A stretch of DNA of 64,000 nt, from NCBI GenBank assembly GCA_964016885.1, contig OZ024742.1, positions 90,396,001 through 90,460,000 on the forward strand, written 5' to 3'. The first letter of the stretch is position 1. Each line of letters begins with the position of its first letter. This document shows positions 14,101-24,546 of this stretch, piece by piece. The translations under genes and the position numbers were made by a program. The DNA comes from Eledone cirrhosa. Taxonomy: Eukaryota. The notes beneath the pieces are model-generated. The model did not search any database, had not been told where the DNA came from, and saw only the letters and a list, made by a program, of their open reading frames with translations.

Positions 14101-15350
14101 GGCAGCCATGAACATTTGTGGACAGCTTAACATGTCCCTATCCTTCTTTCTAACTAGAACCCTGTCTAGGTACGATCTAGATGTTCCGCCGCGATTAGTC
14201 CACGTCCATAGTGGCACAGTCGGAAAATCTAGTCGATATCTATCGGCCAGGTCAAATCGGCCGATTAACTGTTTGAGGCTGTTACACTCCCCTCTATCAG
14301 GACATGCTCCCACATAGTCCCAACGTGCATCTAGGATTCCATTCCAGTCCATCACTAACAGCAGGGAGCGGGACGTTCCCAGAAAAGTCTCTAGGCGTTT
14401 GAAGAAGTCTGGCCGCGGTGTCCCGGATGGGGCATATGCGGCCACCAGCCTGAAGGCTCCACCTTCACTACCGTCAACGTCTAGGACCACCAGTTGACCT
14501 TCCGGGTCCAGCTGTACCGTCTGTGTTACGAGGTGCAGGTGTTTCCGCAGCAAAACGGCAACCCCCCCCCCCCCCCGCGGCTGACAGAGAGATGCGTAGA
14601 TCTCAAAGTCGTAGAAGATGGGAGCCAGTTGTCGCTCGCTGTGGATCCTGGACTCGCAAATGGCTACTACATCCATACTGTGCGACCTGAGGTCGTTTAA
14701 GAGTTTGCCCTGTTTCCAGGGCATCCCCAGGCCGCGTACATTCACACATCCAACTCTTATATTGGCCATGTTGGTGCTGAAAAGTAAAAAAAAGAGGAAA
14801 ATAAATCACTCACCTCTTCGTCTCCTGGGGACCAGGCTGCACAATCCCATGGGGGTATTGGAGGGGTTGTTTGGTGGGGTGGTGGTCTCTGGCGGGGTGA
14901 GGAGGGGGTGTCAGGTGGGGTGGGGACGTCTGGGGTGGGGGTGGGGAAACATTTCAAAAGGACGCGGTTATAGGGTTTGACGCAGAGGTTACCTATGTCG
15001 TTAGGAAATTTTTCTTTTAACTGTTTATGTGTGTCCATGGAGATCCTAATCATTTTAAGATTAGGATTTTCCGCAGAGTGTGTAAAAGTTTTCACTTCGA
15101 TCTCCACCGAAGGGTTTTTAATATATGGTGTCTGTTAAAGTTTTATTGTTAGTATTTATGTAGGTGTAACATTTTTGTTATGTTGTGTTGCTTTTTTTCT
15201 GTGGTTCTTGTGTGTGTTTACGTTTTGTAGTAGGTGTTTTGTTTTCAGGGCGGGGTGTTTTTGTTTGTGCTGTTTGCGTCGCTTGTATTGGCGTTTGTGT
15301 GTTTGTTTGTGTTATGTCTTTTCTTTTTTCTTTTTATAAGCTTATCAATT
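11140..15350 (-). mobile_element. Tx1/L1-clade LINE, ORF2 nearly complete but frameshifted
   Basis: APE endonuclease 13789-14769 (NVRGL, ICES, DWN, SYLDRVL, SDHK); RT 12445-13782 (KSPGLDG, FRPITLLN, LDQSKAFD, IRQGCPLS, AYADD); GGLGMP and C-terminal CxxC..ETVAYAFVHC; 3' UTR with AATAAA at ~11146-11151; ORF1 C-terminal remnant upstream. Confidence 0.92.
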
Positions 15351-15561
15351 AAGTGCATAAAGCAGTTGAACCGGTTATTAAAAGTTACGAACCAATTAGC
15401 ATTTTGGACAATCAATGATGGGTTAATAATCTTCCAATACCGAATTTAGTAGACCAAAGCTGCAAGATGGTGGCCCTGATGCGGCTGGGTGTCAGATCTG
15501 TCCGCCATGGGTGACCCTACCAGTTTTCCAGACGGCATAGCTCCAATACCTCCAACAAGGT

Positions 15562-16720
15562 CTATAGCACCTCTTTGTAGACGATATTGCGTGTTATCCC
15601 TTGAGGAGTGTAAGCAAAATGTCCATTCCTACTCGCTACGCGGGAACAGGCAACATAAAGTTGGCCATGGGAGAAGCATGGCTCCCCCAAATGGATGCCC
15701 GCCACCGACAATCTTTGCCCTTGTGACTTGTTAATGGACATGGCAAAACATGGTCTCACCGGGAATTGGGATCGCCGGAAATTGAATGGAATATCTGACG
15801 CCGAGGAGAAAAGTTTCATCCTTGGAATGAAAACATTCTCCCCTATCCGCACCCCGTTACAATGGTGGCCTCAATCAAGTGGGGCGTCAGTGACTTGACA
15901 ACCATGCGAGTACCGTTGCACTGCTTTGGTGGACGCAAGTTCCTTATTAGCATAATGGGACAGCCAACACTAAGCTTAAGAATGTGAGGTGGGAGCTCTG
16001 GGGACTCAAGGGAATTTAATAACTCAACCGGATAATTAACGATATCGTCGGGGTCTGACGTCAGGTCGATAGATTTGAAGATGTGCTCTTTACCCGGAAT
16101 CTTCTCAATCAGCTGCTTGTTACTAAAATTAACATTGGTATTTTTCGGAGCAAGGATGGCTCTTTCGCTGGGCCAATCGAGGTTTTTTAAAATTAGATGA
16201 GACATTAGGAAAAACTGCTTCCCAAATTTTTTATTTCTTGTCCAATTCTTTAAAGTTTTATCTTAGTTTCGTGTCCTATTCTTTTAAAGTTTTATCTTAG
16301 TTTCTTGTCCTATTCTTTTAAAGTTTTATTTTAGTTTCTTGTCCTGTATTTTTAAAGGTTTATATTCCAACAATATTATTTTTTTTTGCTGTACGCATTT
16401 TTCTATCTGGTATATATATATATATACACACACACACAGCGGCGTCATAATGTCGTAATGCAGACAGCCAGACATACAGACATATTATAAGGGCGCAACG
16501 TTATATGTATGTATCTATCTAAAAAGAAAGACTAAGAATTATAGAGAGAGATCACTAAATCGCCTAATGCGGTCCCTAGGGCATTGAAAATTTGAAATTT
16601 TGCTCAAAACACTCACAGGACGCTAAGTATTACTTGTGTAAAGTTTGAAAACAATCGGTTGGGTGGTTCTCGAGTTTTAGTGAGCTGACAGACAGACATT
16701 CTCTGTTTTAGATATATAGA
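15562..16720 (-). mobile_element. Internally deleted Helitron with Pif1-type helicase C-terminus
   Basis: ORFs 15843-16205 (RAILAPKN, LPPHILKLSVGCPIMLIRNL..CNGTRM) and 15562-15852 (QFPVRPCFAMSINKSQGQ, FSHGQLYVACSRV, NIVYKEVL); 5' end TCTATATATCTAAAACAGAGAATGTCTGTCTG at 16720. Confidence 0.88.
16235..16360. repeat. ~34-bp tandem repeat (3-4 copies) inside the Helitron
   Basis: tttcttgtcctattcttttaaagttttatcttag repeated. Confidence 0.85.
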
Positions 16721-17225
16721 CTAGCAGAAAACCACCCGGTGGGCGGTTTTCTGCTAGCAAATCTAGTGTATATACTGATATTGTTGAGATTTGGATGAGA
16801 AATGTTTTCGGCACCACATGTTCACCGTCTCTCGGTGTGTCTTTTATGCATGTATAAATATACATGTTATCTATACGGTGAAATTTTTGAAATAAATATA
16901 TGTTAAAACGAAAAAGGAGAAAAAGAGATTAGTGACGGAAATATATCTTCAAATGGTCCTTGGCATGGTGTCAAGTCAGAACCGCCTCGAACTGGTTACT
17001 TCTGGCTTGTGCAAGGTGTCTCTATAGCAACCAGCGATTCCCTCGGCTTCAGTGACCAAAGTCAGTGGAGAGGGGAAGGTAATGTTTCTATAGCGACAGT
17101 GTTTCTCTTGGTAGTACCAAAGTGGAGAAAGGAAGGGGAAGGTAATATTTCTGTAGCACCTACATTTGAGTTTTAGGGAAGGACAGACAGACAGACAGAC
17201 AAACAGAGAAATGCCCATATATTTC

Positions 17226-17289
<64 letters not shown>

Positions 17290-17292
<3 letters not shown>

Positions 17293-17606
17293 CTTTAAGT
17301 CGTTTGGAAGCCTCGACAATGCAAATGGGTAAATCTCCGGGTAACAAGGTCCGGTGGTGGAGAGAGAGATGTAAGTGGGTGTACGTTGAGATGCGTGGTG
17401 TGTATAAGATGTGTGAGATGTGTAGAATGAAGGGAAGAGTATAAAGGATAAAAATAAAAATAACAACACAAGAGAGAGTTACCTTGGGAGAGATTTAATA
17501 GTCCCTATATATTTCGGATTCACATCCATCAACTGGGGTGTTTTTCCGGGGTGGGGGAAAAGGTTGTCTGTCGGACAAGTCCCGAACGCGTCTTTCGCTG
17601 TTTGTT
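17290..17606 (-). repeat. ~320-bp repeat inserted in (TA)n, probable PLE pLTR; second copy 23313-23630
   Basis: High similarity by eye between 17290-17606 and 23313-23630; both abut (TA)n tracts; hammerhead-like motif on minus. Confidence 0.7.
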
Positions 17607-17850
17607 GTATATATATATATATATATTACACACACAGAAATGTATATATATTTCTCTGTGTGTGTATATATATATATTACACACACAGAAATGTATATAT
17701 ATTTCTGTGTATATATATATATATATTACACACACAGAAATGTATATATATTTCTGTGTGTATATATATTACACACACAGAAATATATATATATTTCTGT
17801 GTGTGTATATATATATATATTACACACACAGAAATGTATATATATTTCTT
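17607..17850. repeat. Minisatellite of self-complementary units (acacagaaat..atttctgtgt)
   Basis: About 5 variable-length units seen directly. Confidence 0.85.
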
Positions 17851-17966
17851 AGAACAAAATTATTATTAATGTTTTGCTGTTCATAACAACTGGAATTGAA
17901 AAATTACTTTTGAAATTATTAGTTATTTTACTAATGCTTAGATATGTAAAATTGAAGCAATGTTTC

Positions 17967-18160
17967 TAATAATTGTTTCTACTTTTGGCACAAAGCCAGC
18001 AATTAACCAGTACATTACTGGTACTTTATTTTATTGACCCCGTGAGGATGAAAGGCAAAGTTAACCTCGGCGGTATTTGAACTCAGACCGTAAAGGGACG
18101 TAACTCCATGCTATGAAGCATGGTGTCCGACTCTCTACAGATTCTGCCAATCCACCGCCC
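17967..18160 (-). mobile_element. tRNA-derived SINE (same family as 3530)
   Basis: Reverse complement of the ggcggtggattggcag..gagttcaaat..ctttcatcc..gtacc..agaaacaatta consensus. Confidence 0.85.
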
Positions 18161-18724
18161 TAATGTCTGTACGTAATGAGGGAGTGAGAGGGAAGAGAAA
18201 GAAAGGCAGAGGTGAAGTGACGAAGTGACTCTCTCCTCCTCCTCCTCCATCTCCCCATTCGTCATAGCGATAGAGGGGAGGAATGTTAGTGTGTTACAAA
18301 GAGAAAGAGTGAGAGTGAGAGAAACAGACAGACTAAAAGAGAGGGATAGCTGGAGAGAGAGAGAGATAGCAACCACGCGCGCACGTGTTTCCACTGTCAG
18401 ACAGACAGACAGAGAAATTGCTGATTATATATTATAAGGAGATAGAGATAACCGAACGCGTGATACATGGCATGGTCAAGCATATATCAATTTTATCGTG
18501 TAACAGAAATGGATTCTATGAGAGGAAACGTAGCGAAAATTAGTGACACTTCTTTATCAACATTTTCGTACATTTATTTTCTCGCCGTCAACAACTTCTT
18601 ACGATTATTTCCTCTCTTGTATTAACTATCTCGTTGGACTCTGTAAGTGGTTGAGTATTTGTGTATATGTGTGACCTCCGAACAAGTATCCTCCACCTAC
18701 AACTAACTTACCTCCGCCTCTTGA

Positions 18725-19750
18725 TCACTAACGCATCAGGTTGCCACCAGAGAAGGTGTCACAGCATTTAACATCTCTGATGACTGGCCTATCCCTGCGG
18801 AACGGGAAGATTGTCATGCCGTCTAACCTGTTGCTGTCCCATCGGTCCTGCTCTGCTGGCTGTAGCTGGGAGGGAAAACCTGCATCGTCCAGGCCGTGCT
18901 TTATCAAGATGTCATGGGAAACGGCCAGCGCTATAATGGAATGAAAGTGGATGGAGACCGAAATGATCCACAGTGATACCACAGCAGCATATGTGAGGCT
19001 TACAGACCCGGAGGCCGAGCCTCAGGAAAACACCGATGCACAAACAGTCGCTTTCTAGTTGAGTACTTGTCACAGATGATAGAACTGCGTTGAGCCAAGT
19101 ACCACTTTGGCGTTGGGCGGCCCAGCGATAACAGGCCAGAGGGTGCAGGTTGAGCCAGCGTACCAGCCTGTTTGATGTCATGTTGCAAAGTATGGCATCC
19201 CATTTGTTTTGGGAAGATGGAACGTCTAAGCAGAGTAGAGAGGAACGAACGTTCAAATGGTAGAGACCAAGCTGGTTCCATGTCGCGTAGAGCACTTCAT
19301 TTTCCCCACTCACAGTAGGTTCAGTTGTGCTGTGAAGAACCCTGTTAATGAGGAGATGCTTGACTGTAGCAGGGAACACTGCAGAATATATATGAGTTTC
19401 AGCATGTCGACGTCAAACAGGTTTAGTTTACTCGTCAGGGTTTCTAACTGACGTAGTCTAGACCTGAGGGTGAAGCGAATGGCTGGCAGGAAGATCTGCA
19501 AACTAAGAATAATGACGCCTTCCTTAAGGATCTCTGACACCAGCTGAGTGACGATCACACCTCTGAGATGGAGGCCACGAAACCCTCAGCATCGTAATTG
19601 ACGTTCACGACATCCGACTTGAACGAGTTCATATCAAGGCCGACCCTCGCCAGAGCGAGAACTACTGATTAGAGATCATGACACACGCTCTCTGCATGCC
19701 TGTTTATCGTCCAGATACCAGACGTCGAGAGGGACAGTGATGCTCCGAAC
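18725..19750 (-). mobile_element. Decayed CRE/SLACS-like non-LTR retrotransposon 3' part (restriction-like endonuclease)
   Basis: SGTWLNAV, LRLGLRVCKPHICCCG..DHFGLH, SAGRFP and RLDGMTIFPF....RDVKCCDTF resemble the Zn-finger + RPDG/WD motif of CRE-clade elements. Confidence 0.75.
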
Positions 19751-20604
19751 AACGCTCGCTGTCCATTTGGCGCTGGGATAATTGTTGGCCTTGTGCCAAA
19801 ATTAGAAACAATTATTATTCGTAAACTGAATGTAAAACAAATGCAATATTTTGTCCCAGTCATTCACCTTTCATTGTAAAATATGGGTGCCTCCTTTCAA
19901 CAAATTTAAACATTAGTAATTACCCATTACTGTTACTATTATGTACTTCACTATTGCTCAACCGTCGTTCTCTCGTGTACATAGCATGCTAAATCTAACC
20001 CTCTAGTGGAAAATGTTTTGAGATGTACCTCACTATTCTGTTTTTGCGTGTTTGTTTCTTTGTTTGTTTTTCTCATTTATTTTTCTTTATGTTTCAAATT
20101 TGGGGTATGATAACCATCCTAGCCATTACGCCCGCTCCCCGGTTCCTGCATCAACCTGTGTATGCTAAGTTCAAAATACAACGGAGAAAAATAAGCTTTC
20201 CTGTGGTGACCCCTATGACTAATTTGATTTTTAGCATCTCCTATACCATAACGAAATTTAGATTAAGAACTGGTGTGATTAAGTTATTCCTAATAAAAGA
20301 TCAGGAAACGGAGATCAACAATCATTTTATATAACTTTCTAAAGAGATAATTGTTCATTTTAGTACTCTTAGTTAATGTGTATAATCCGTATAATGGTAC
20401 ATTTTCGAACAAAACCTTTTTCTTTATAGAATATCCCGATCCTAAGCTTCACGATTAAAATTTAATATTAATAACTGAAGCGTTATTAATCCATTTATTT
20501 GTTTTTATAAACATAGGCTTAACGTGCCATCCTATATACCATTATATTTTATATTTTCACAAACCCACACCTTTCTTACACAACCTTACATGCTAACATT
20601 ATTT

Positions 20605-20995
20605 GCGGTGGATTGGCAGTATCAGTAGAGGGTCGGACACTATGCTTTGACGCATAGAGTTACGCCCCTTGCCATTCTGAGTTCAAATTGCGCCAAAGTT
20701 AACTTTGCCTTTCATCCCTACGGGGTCGATAAAATAAAGTACCAGTAATGTACTGGGTATTTTCTAGCCTTGTGCCAACAGTAGAAACAATTATTTGCTA
20801 AATGGCGGTGGATTGGCAGTATCGGTAGAGGGTCGGACGCCATGTATGCAGCAAAGAGTTACGGCCCTTTATGGTCTGAGTTCAAATCGCGCCGAGGTTA
20901 ACTTTGCCTTTCATCCTTACGGGATCGATAAAATAAAGCACCAGTAATGTACTGGTTAATTGTTGGCCTTGTGCCAAAAGTAGAAACAATTATTT
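20605..20995 (+). mobile_element. Tandem pair of full-length tRNA-derived SINEs
   Basis: Two head-to-tail copies (~20605-20795, ~20803-20995) with A-box-like ggcggtggattggcag, B-box gagttcaaat, core and attatt tail. Confidence 0.9.
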
Positions 20996-21347
20996 GGTAA
21001 ATGTATAAACAATAGTTTGAATATTCATGCAAAACACAGGGAATATTCCCAAAAAATATTTGAGCTTATTAACAATAGTAATTATATTTACAAAAACCAC
21101 AATTTCTTCACTCACGAACTAATTCGCTAGCGTTCATTCATTAGAAATAAACTTTACATTTGTTTTAAAGAACGAACTTGTGAAATGACAAATTTACCAA
21201 ATTAGATTACATGGATTCTTAGCGTTCCAACTGGTTTGACAGGGTGTATGATCGTAAAATACCTAACAAAATGATCTTACAAATTATTTTCTCTTCCTTT
21301 TACTTTTCTCTCTATTGTTCAATTTATTTCGAATATTTTAGTACTAA

Positions 21348-22350
21348 CTAGCAGAATGGCCCGGCGTTGCTCGGGATTTGCTCTCGGGTTCTTATATATT
21401 TGATATATATTTATCTTTCTCGAGCCTCGTGAAGTAAATACATTTGTTTATATTTTGTTATTGTGTATGCAAAAATATCTGTACACAAATATATAAATAA
21501 CAGTACAGTGAAGTACGGAATACCTCGGCTTCGGATTGGTGTCTACATTTTGTGCTTATAAAAAAAATTGTTCGTACATTACCAGGGATTTTTTCCGTTC
21601 GAAGAAAATCAATACTTTATCGCGAAATAAATACTTTTGTTTATATGTTTATGCAAAAATATCTGTACACGAATATATATATATATACTTAATACATTAA
21701 CAGAGAAAGCTTTTAGCGATACTCCGACCACTCCCATCTCACTCACCAAACATTAGGATATACCTGAGTATAATCCCAATTATGCGTTCGGGGTGCTAAC
21801 TATATTGTATTTCGTGGATAGTTGGCTATATTATTTTATATGAGACATAATTAAATAAATCTCTCTTTCTTTCCATACGATCGTTTCGTTATAAGATTTC
21901 TACAAGGTGGGTAAAATAATGTCCAAGTTATATAGAAGCTTGCATATAATCCATAGATATCCATGCAAGTGGGCCCTTATAACTCATAAGTGGATGCCCA
22001 GGCAATATCAATATAAAAAAAAATACATTAACATTAATATTCAGCAATAGTCTCCGTCAGTGCTAGAAGGACTGCTAAGGTTGAAAGTCCAGCAGTTCTT
22101 CAAAAAGACATTTCACACTGTCCCCAAATGGGAATCGAAGGAGTTGTGGTAAGGAACCAGATAAACCATAACGCACCAAAGTACTCAATACTTAGGGTAG
22201 TAGAGTGGGTAATAGGAAAATGTATGACTCCGAAGGCAGAGTTCAAGCCGTTTCGACGGCTATTTCTGGAGTCCATAAATAGCCGTCGTAGCGGTTTGAG
22301 CTCTGCCGTCGGGGTCATACATTTTCTTAAATATATATATATATATAGAT
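21348..22350 (-). mobile_element. Non-autonomous Helitron; related partial copy on + at ~31530-31860
   Basis: Minus strand ends cccgagcaacgccggg-ccattctgCTAG|T at 21348; 21385-21690 matches the reverse complement of 31530-31860; 5' boundary uncertain. Confidence 0.7.
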
Positions 22351-23074
22351 AGATAGAATAAGTAAAAGCGAAGTAGTTTCAGATAACCTTATTATGTAAC
22401 AAGCTGTCTGATGATGTCACGACACTCGCACACAGAACAGTGTGGCCAGTGTCGTCATTGAAATATATATCACAGCATTATTATTAAAGGACTTGAACAT
22501 CTGAAACTACTTCGCTTTTACTTATTCGATATTTACTCCGTCACTCCTATGTGAAAAAAGTACGTTGAGTGCTTGAATTGAATTGCATCAATATTTATCC
22601 TAAGAAGTATATATATATTATATATATATATGAGAATAAACGTAGCAACGGCTAAAGAAAGTCGTTGGGACATGTAAATAAAGGGAACAGCGAGAGTGTA
22701 AACAAACAAAGATGGTGAAGCAACGAAAAGTGAGGAAGAGCGAGTCAAGTCCAAAAATTTCCATGAATATAAGTTCGGTGAAATCGTGAACGAGAGAGAA
22801 TAAAGACCATCAAACCTGGTTGAAATGTGAGCAAGGAAGGAATTTCGCACAGGTCTAACGGGAGGAAGAAGGGGTCGTGAATTTGGTCTTCCTCACTTTT
22901 CGTTGCTTCACCATCTTTGTTTGTTTACACTCTCGCTGTTCCCTTTATTTACATGTCCCAACGACTTTCTTTAGCCGTTGCTCGCACCAACCGGAGGTAT
23001 ATGGTCTTTAAAGCGAAGAAATACCGATGATGGTTGGAAGATCACTGTTGAAGGACCACTTTATTCATATATAT

Positions 23075-23199
23075 ATATATATTAAAGTAACAGAATAAAG
23101 TTTAAGCAAAGAATCGCTGCTTTCACCCTTAACGGGATCTTCTGAAACTAAAATAATAAATCTGTGAACACAAGTAAATATTTCGAAAAACGTTACACA

Positions 23200-23268
<69 letters not shown>

Positions 23269-23625
23269 AGCGTATTGAAGTTTGCTTGAAGCATTGTGGA
23301 ATAATAAGGTAAATTTCTTTAAGTCGCTTGGAAGCCTCGACAATGCAAATGGGTAAATCTCCGGGTAACAAGATCCGGTGGTGGAGAGAGAGATGTAAGT
23401 GGGTGTACGTTGAGATGCGTGGCGTCTATAAGACGTGTAGAGGAAAGGAGGAAGAGCGTAAAGGATAAGAATAAAAATAACAACACGAGAGAAAGTTACC
23501 TTGGGAGAGATTTAATTGTCCCTATATATTTCGGATTCACATCCATCAACTGGGGGGTTTTTCCGGGGTGGGGGAAAGGTTGTCTGTCGGAAAGGTGCGA
23601 AACGTGTCCTCCGCTGTTCGTTGTT

Positions 23626-23693
<68 letters not shown>

Positions 23694-24535
23694 TATATAT
23701 ACACATATACACACACACACACCGCGTCAGAATGACGTAATGCAGACAGCCAGATATTATAAGGGCGCAACGTAATATCTATGTATATATCTAAAAAGAG
23801 AAAGACTAAGAATTATAGAGAGAAATCGCTAAATCGCTTAATGCGGTCCCTAGGACATTGAAAATTTGAATTCTTTTTTGCTCAAAACACTCACGGGACC
23901 ATAAGTATTACATGTGTAATGTTTTAAAAAATTTGGTTGGGTGGTTCTCGAGTTTTAGTGATTGGACAGACAGACAGACAAACATACATTCTCTGTTTTA
24001 CTAATATAGATATTACTAAAACAGAGAATGTCTGTTTGGCTGTCTGTCCAATCACTAAAACTCGAGAACCACCCAACAGAGTTTTTTCAAACCTTACACA
24101 TGTTATACTTATGCTCCCGTGAGTGTTTTGAGCAAAAGAAATTTCAAATTTCCAATGCCCTAGGGACCGCATTAGGCGAATTAGCGATCTCTCTCTATAA
24201 TTCTTAGTCTTTCTCGTTTTAGATAGATACATAGGTATAACGTTGCACCCTTATAATATCTGTCTGTATGCCTGTCTGTCTGCATTACGTCATTATTACG
24301 CGGCGTGTGTGTGTATATATATATAGTGTGTAGGGTTTTCTGATTACGACATTATGACGTAGCTGTGTGTGTGCGTGTATGTATATATATAGCGTGTATA
24401 TATATATATAGTGTGTAACCTTTTTCGAAATATTTACTTCTGCGTTCACAGATTTATTCTTTTAGTTTCAGAAGATCCCGTTAAGGGTGAAAGCAGCGAT
24501 TCTTTGCTTAAATTTTAATGTTATTTTGATATATA
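23075..24535. mobile_element. Head-to-head inverted pair of Helitron 5' segments (same family as 16400-16720)
   Basis: ctctgttttac/taaaacagagaatg junction near 24007; arms mirror each other (ctcgagaaccacc, gcggtccctagg, gggatcttctgaaac). Confidence 0.8.
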
Positions 24536-24546
24536 TATATATATAT

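Larger units (their letters stand above)
16721..18448 (-). mobile_element. Non-autonomous Helitron with nested insertions
   Basis: 5' TC(T)CCTTATAATATATAATCAGCAATTTCTCTGTCTGTC near 18440-18448; 3' hairpin + CTAG at 16721; contains a SINE, a PLE-like repeat and minisatellites. Confidence 0.65.

Noticed and set aside
12025-14980. Multiple plus-strand ORFs over the Tx1 element
   Set aside because: Antisense shadows of a GC-rich minus-strand ORF2.
20605-20995. tRNA genes
   Set aside because: A/B-box-like heads continue into a SINE core and tail; no complete cloverleaf.
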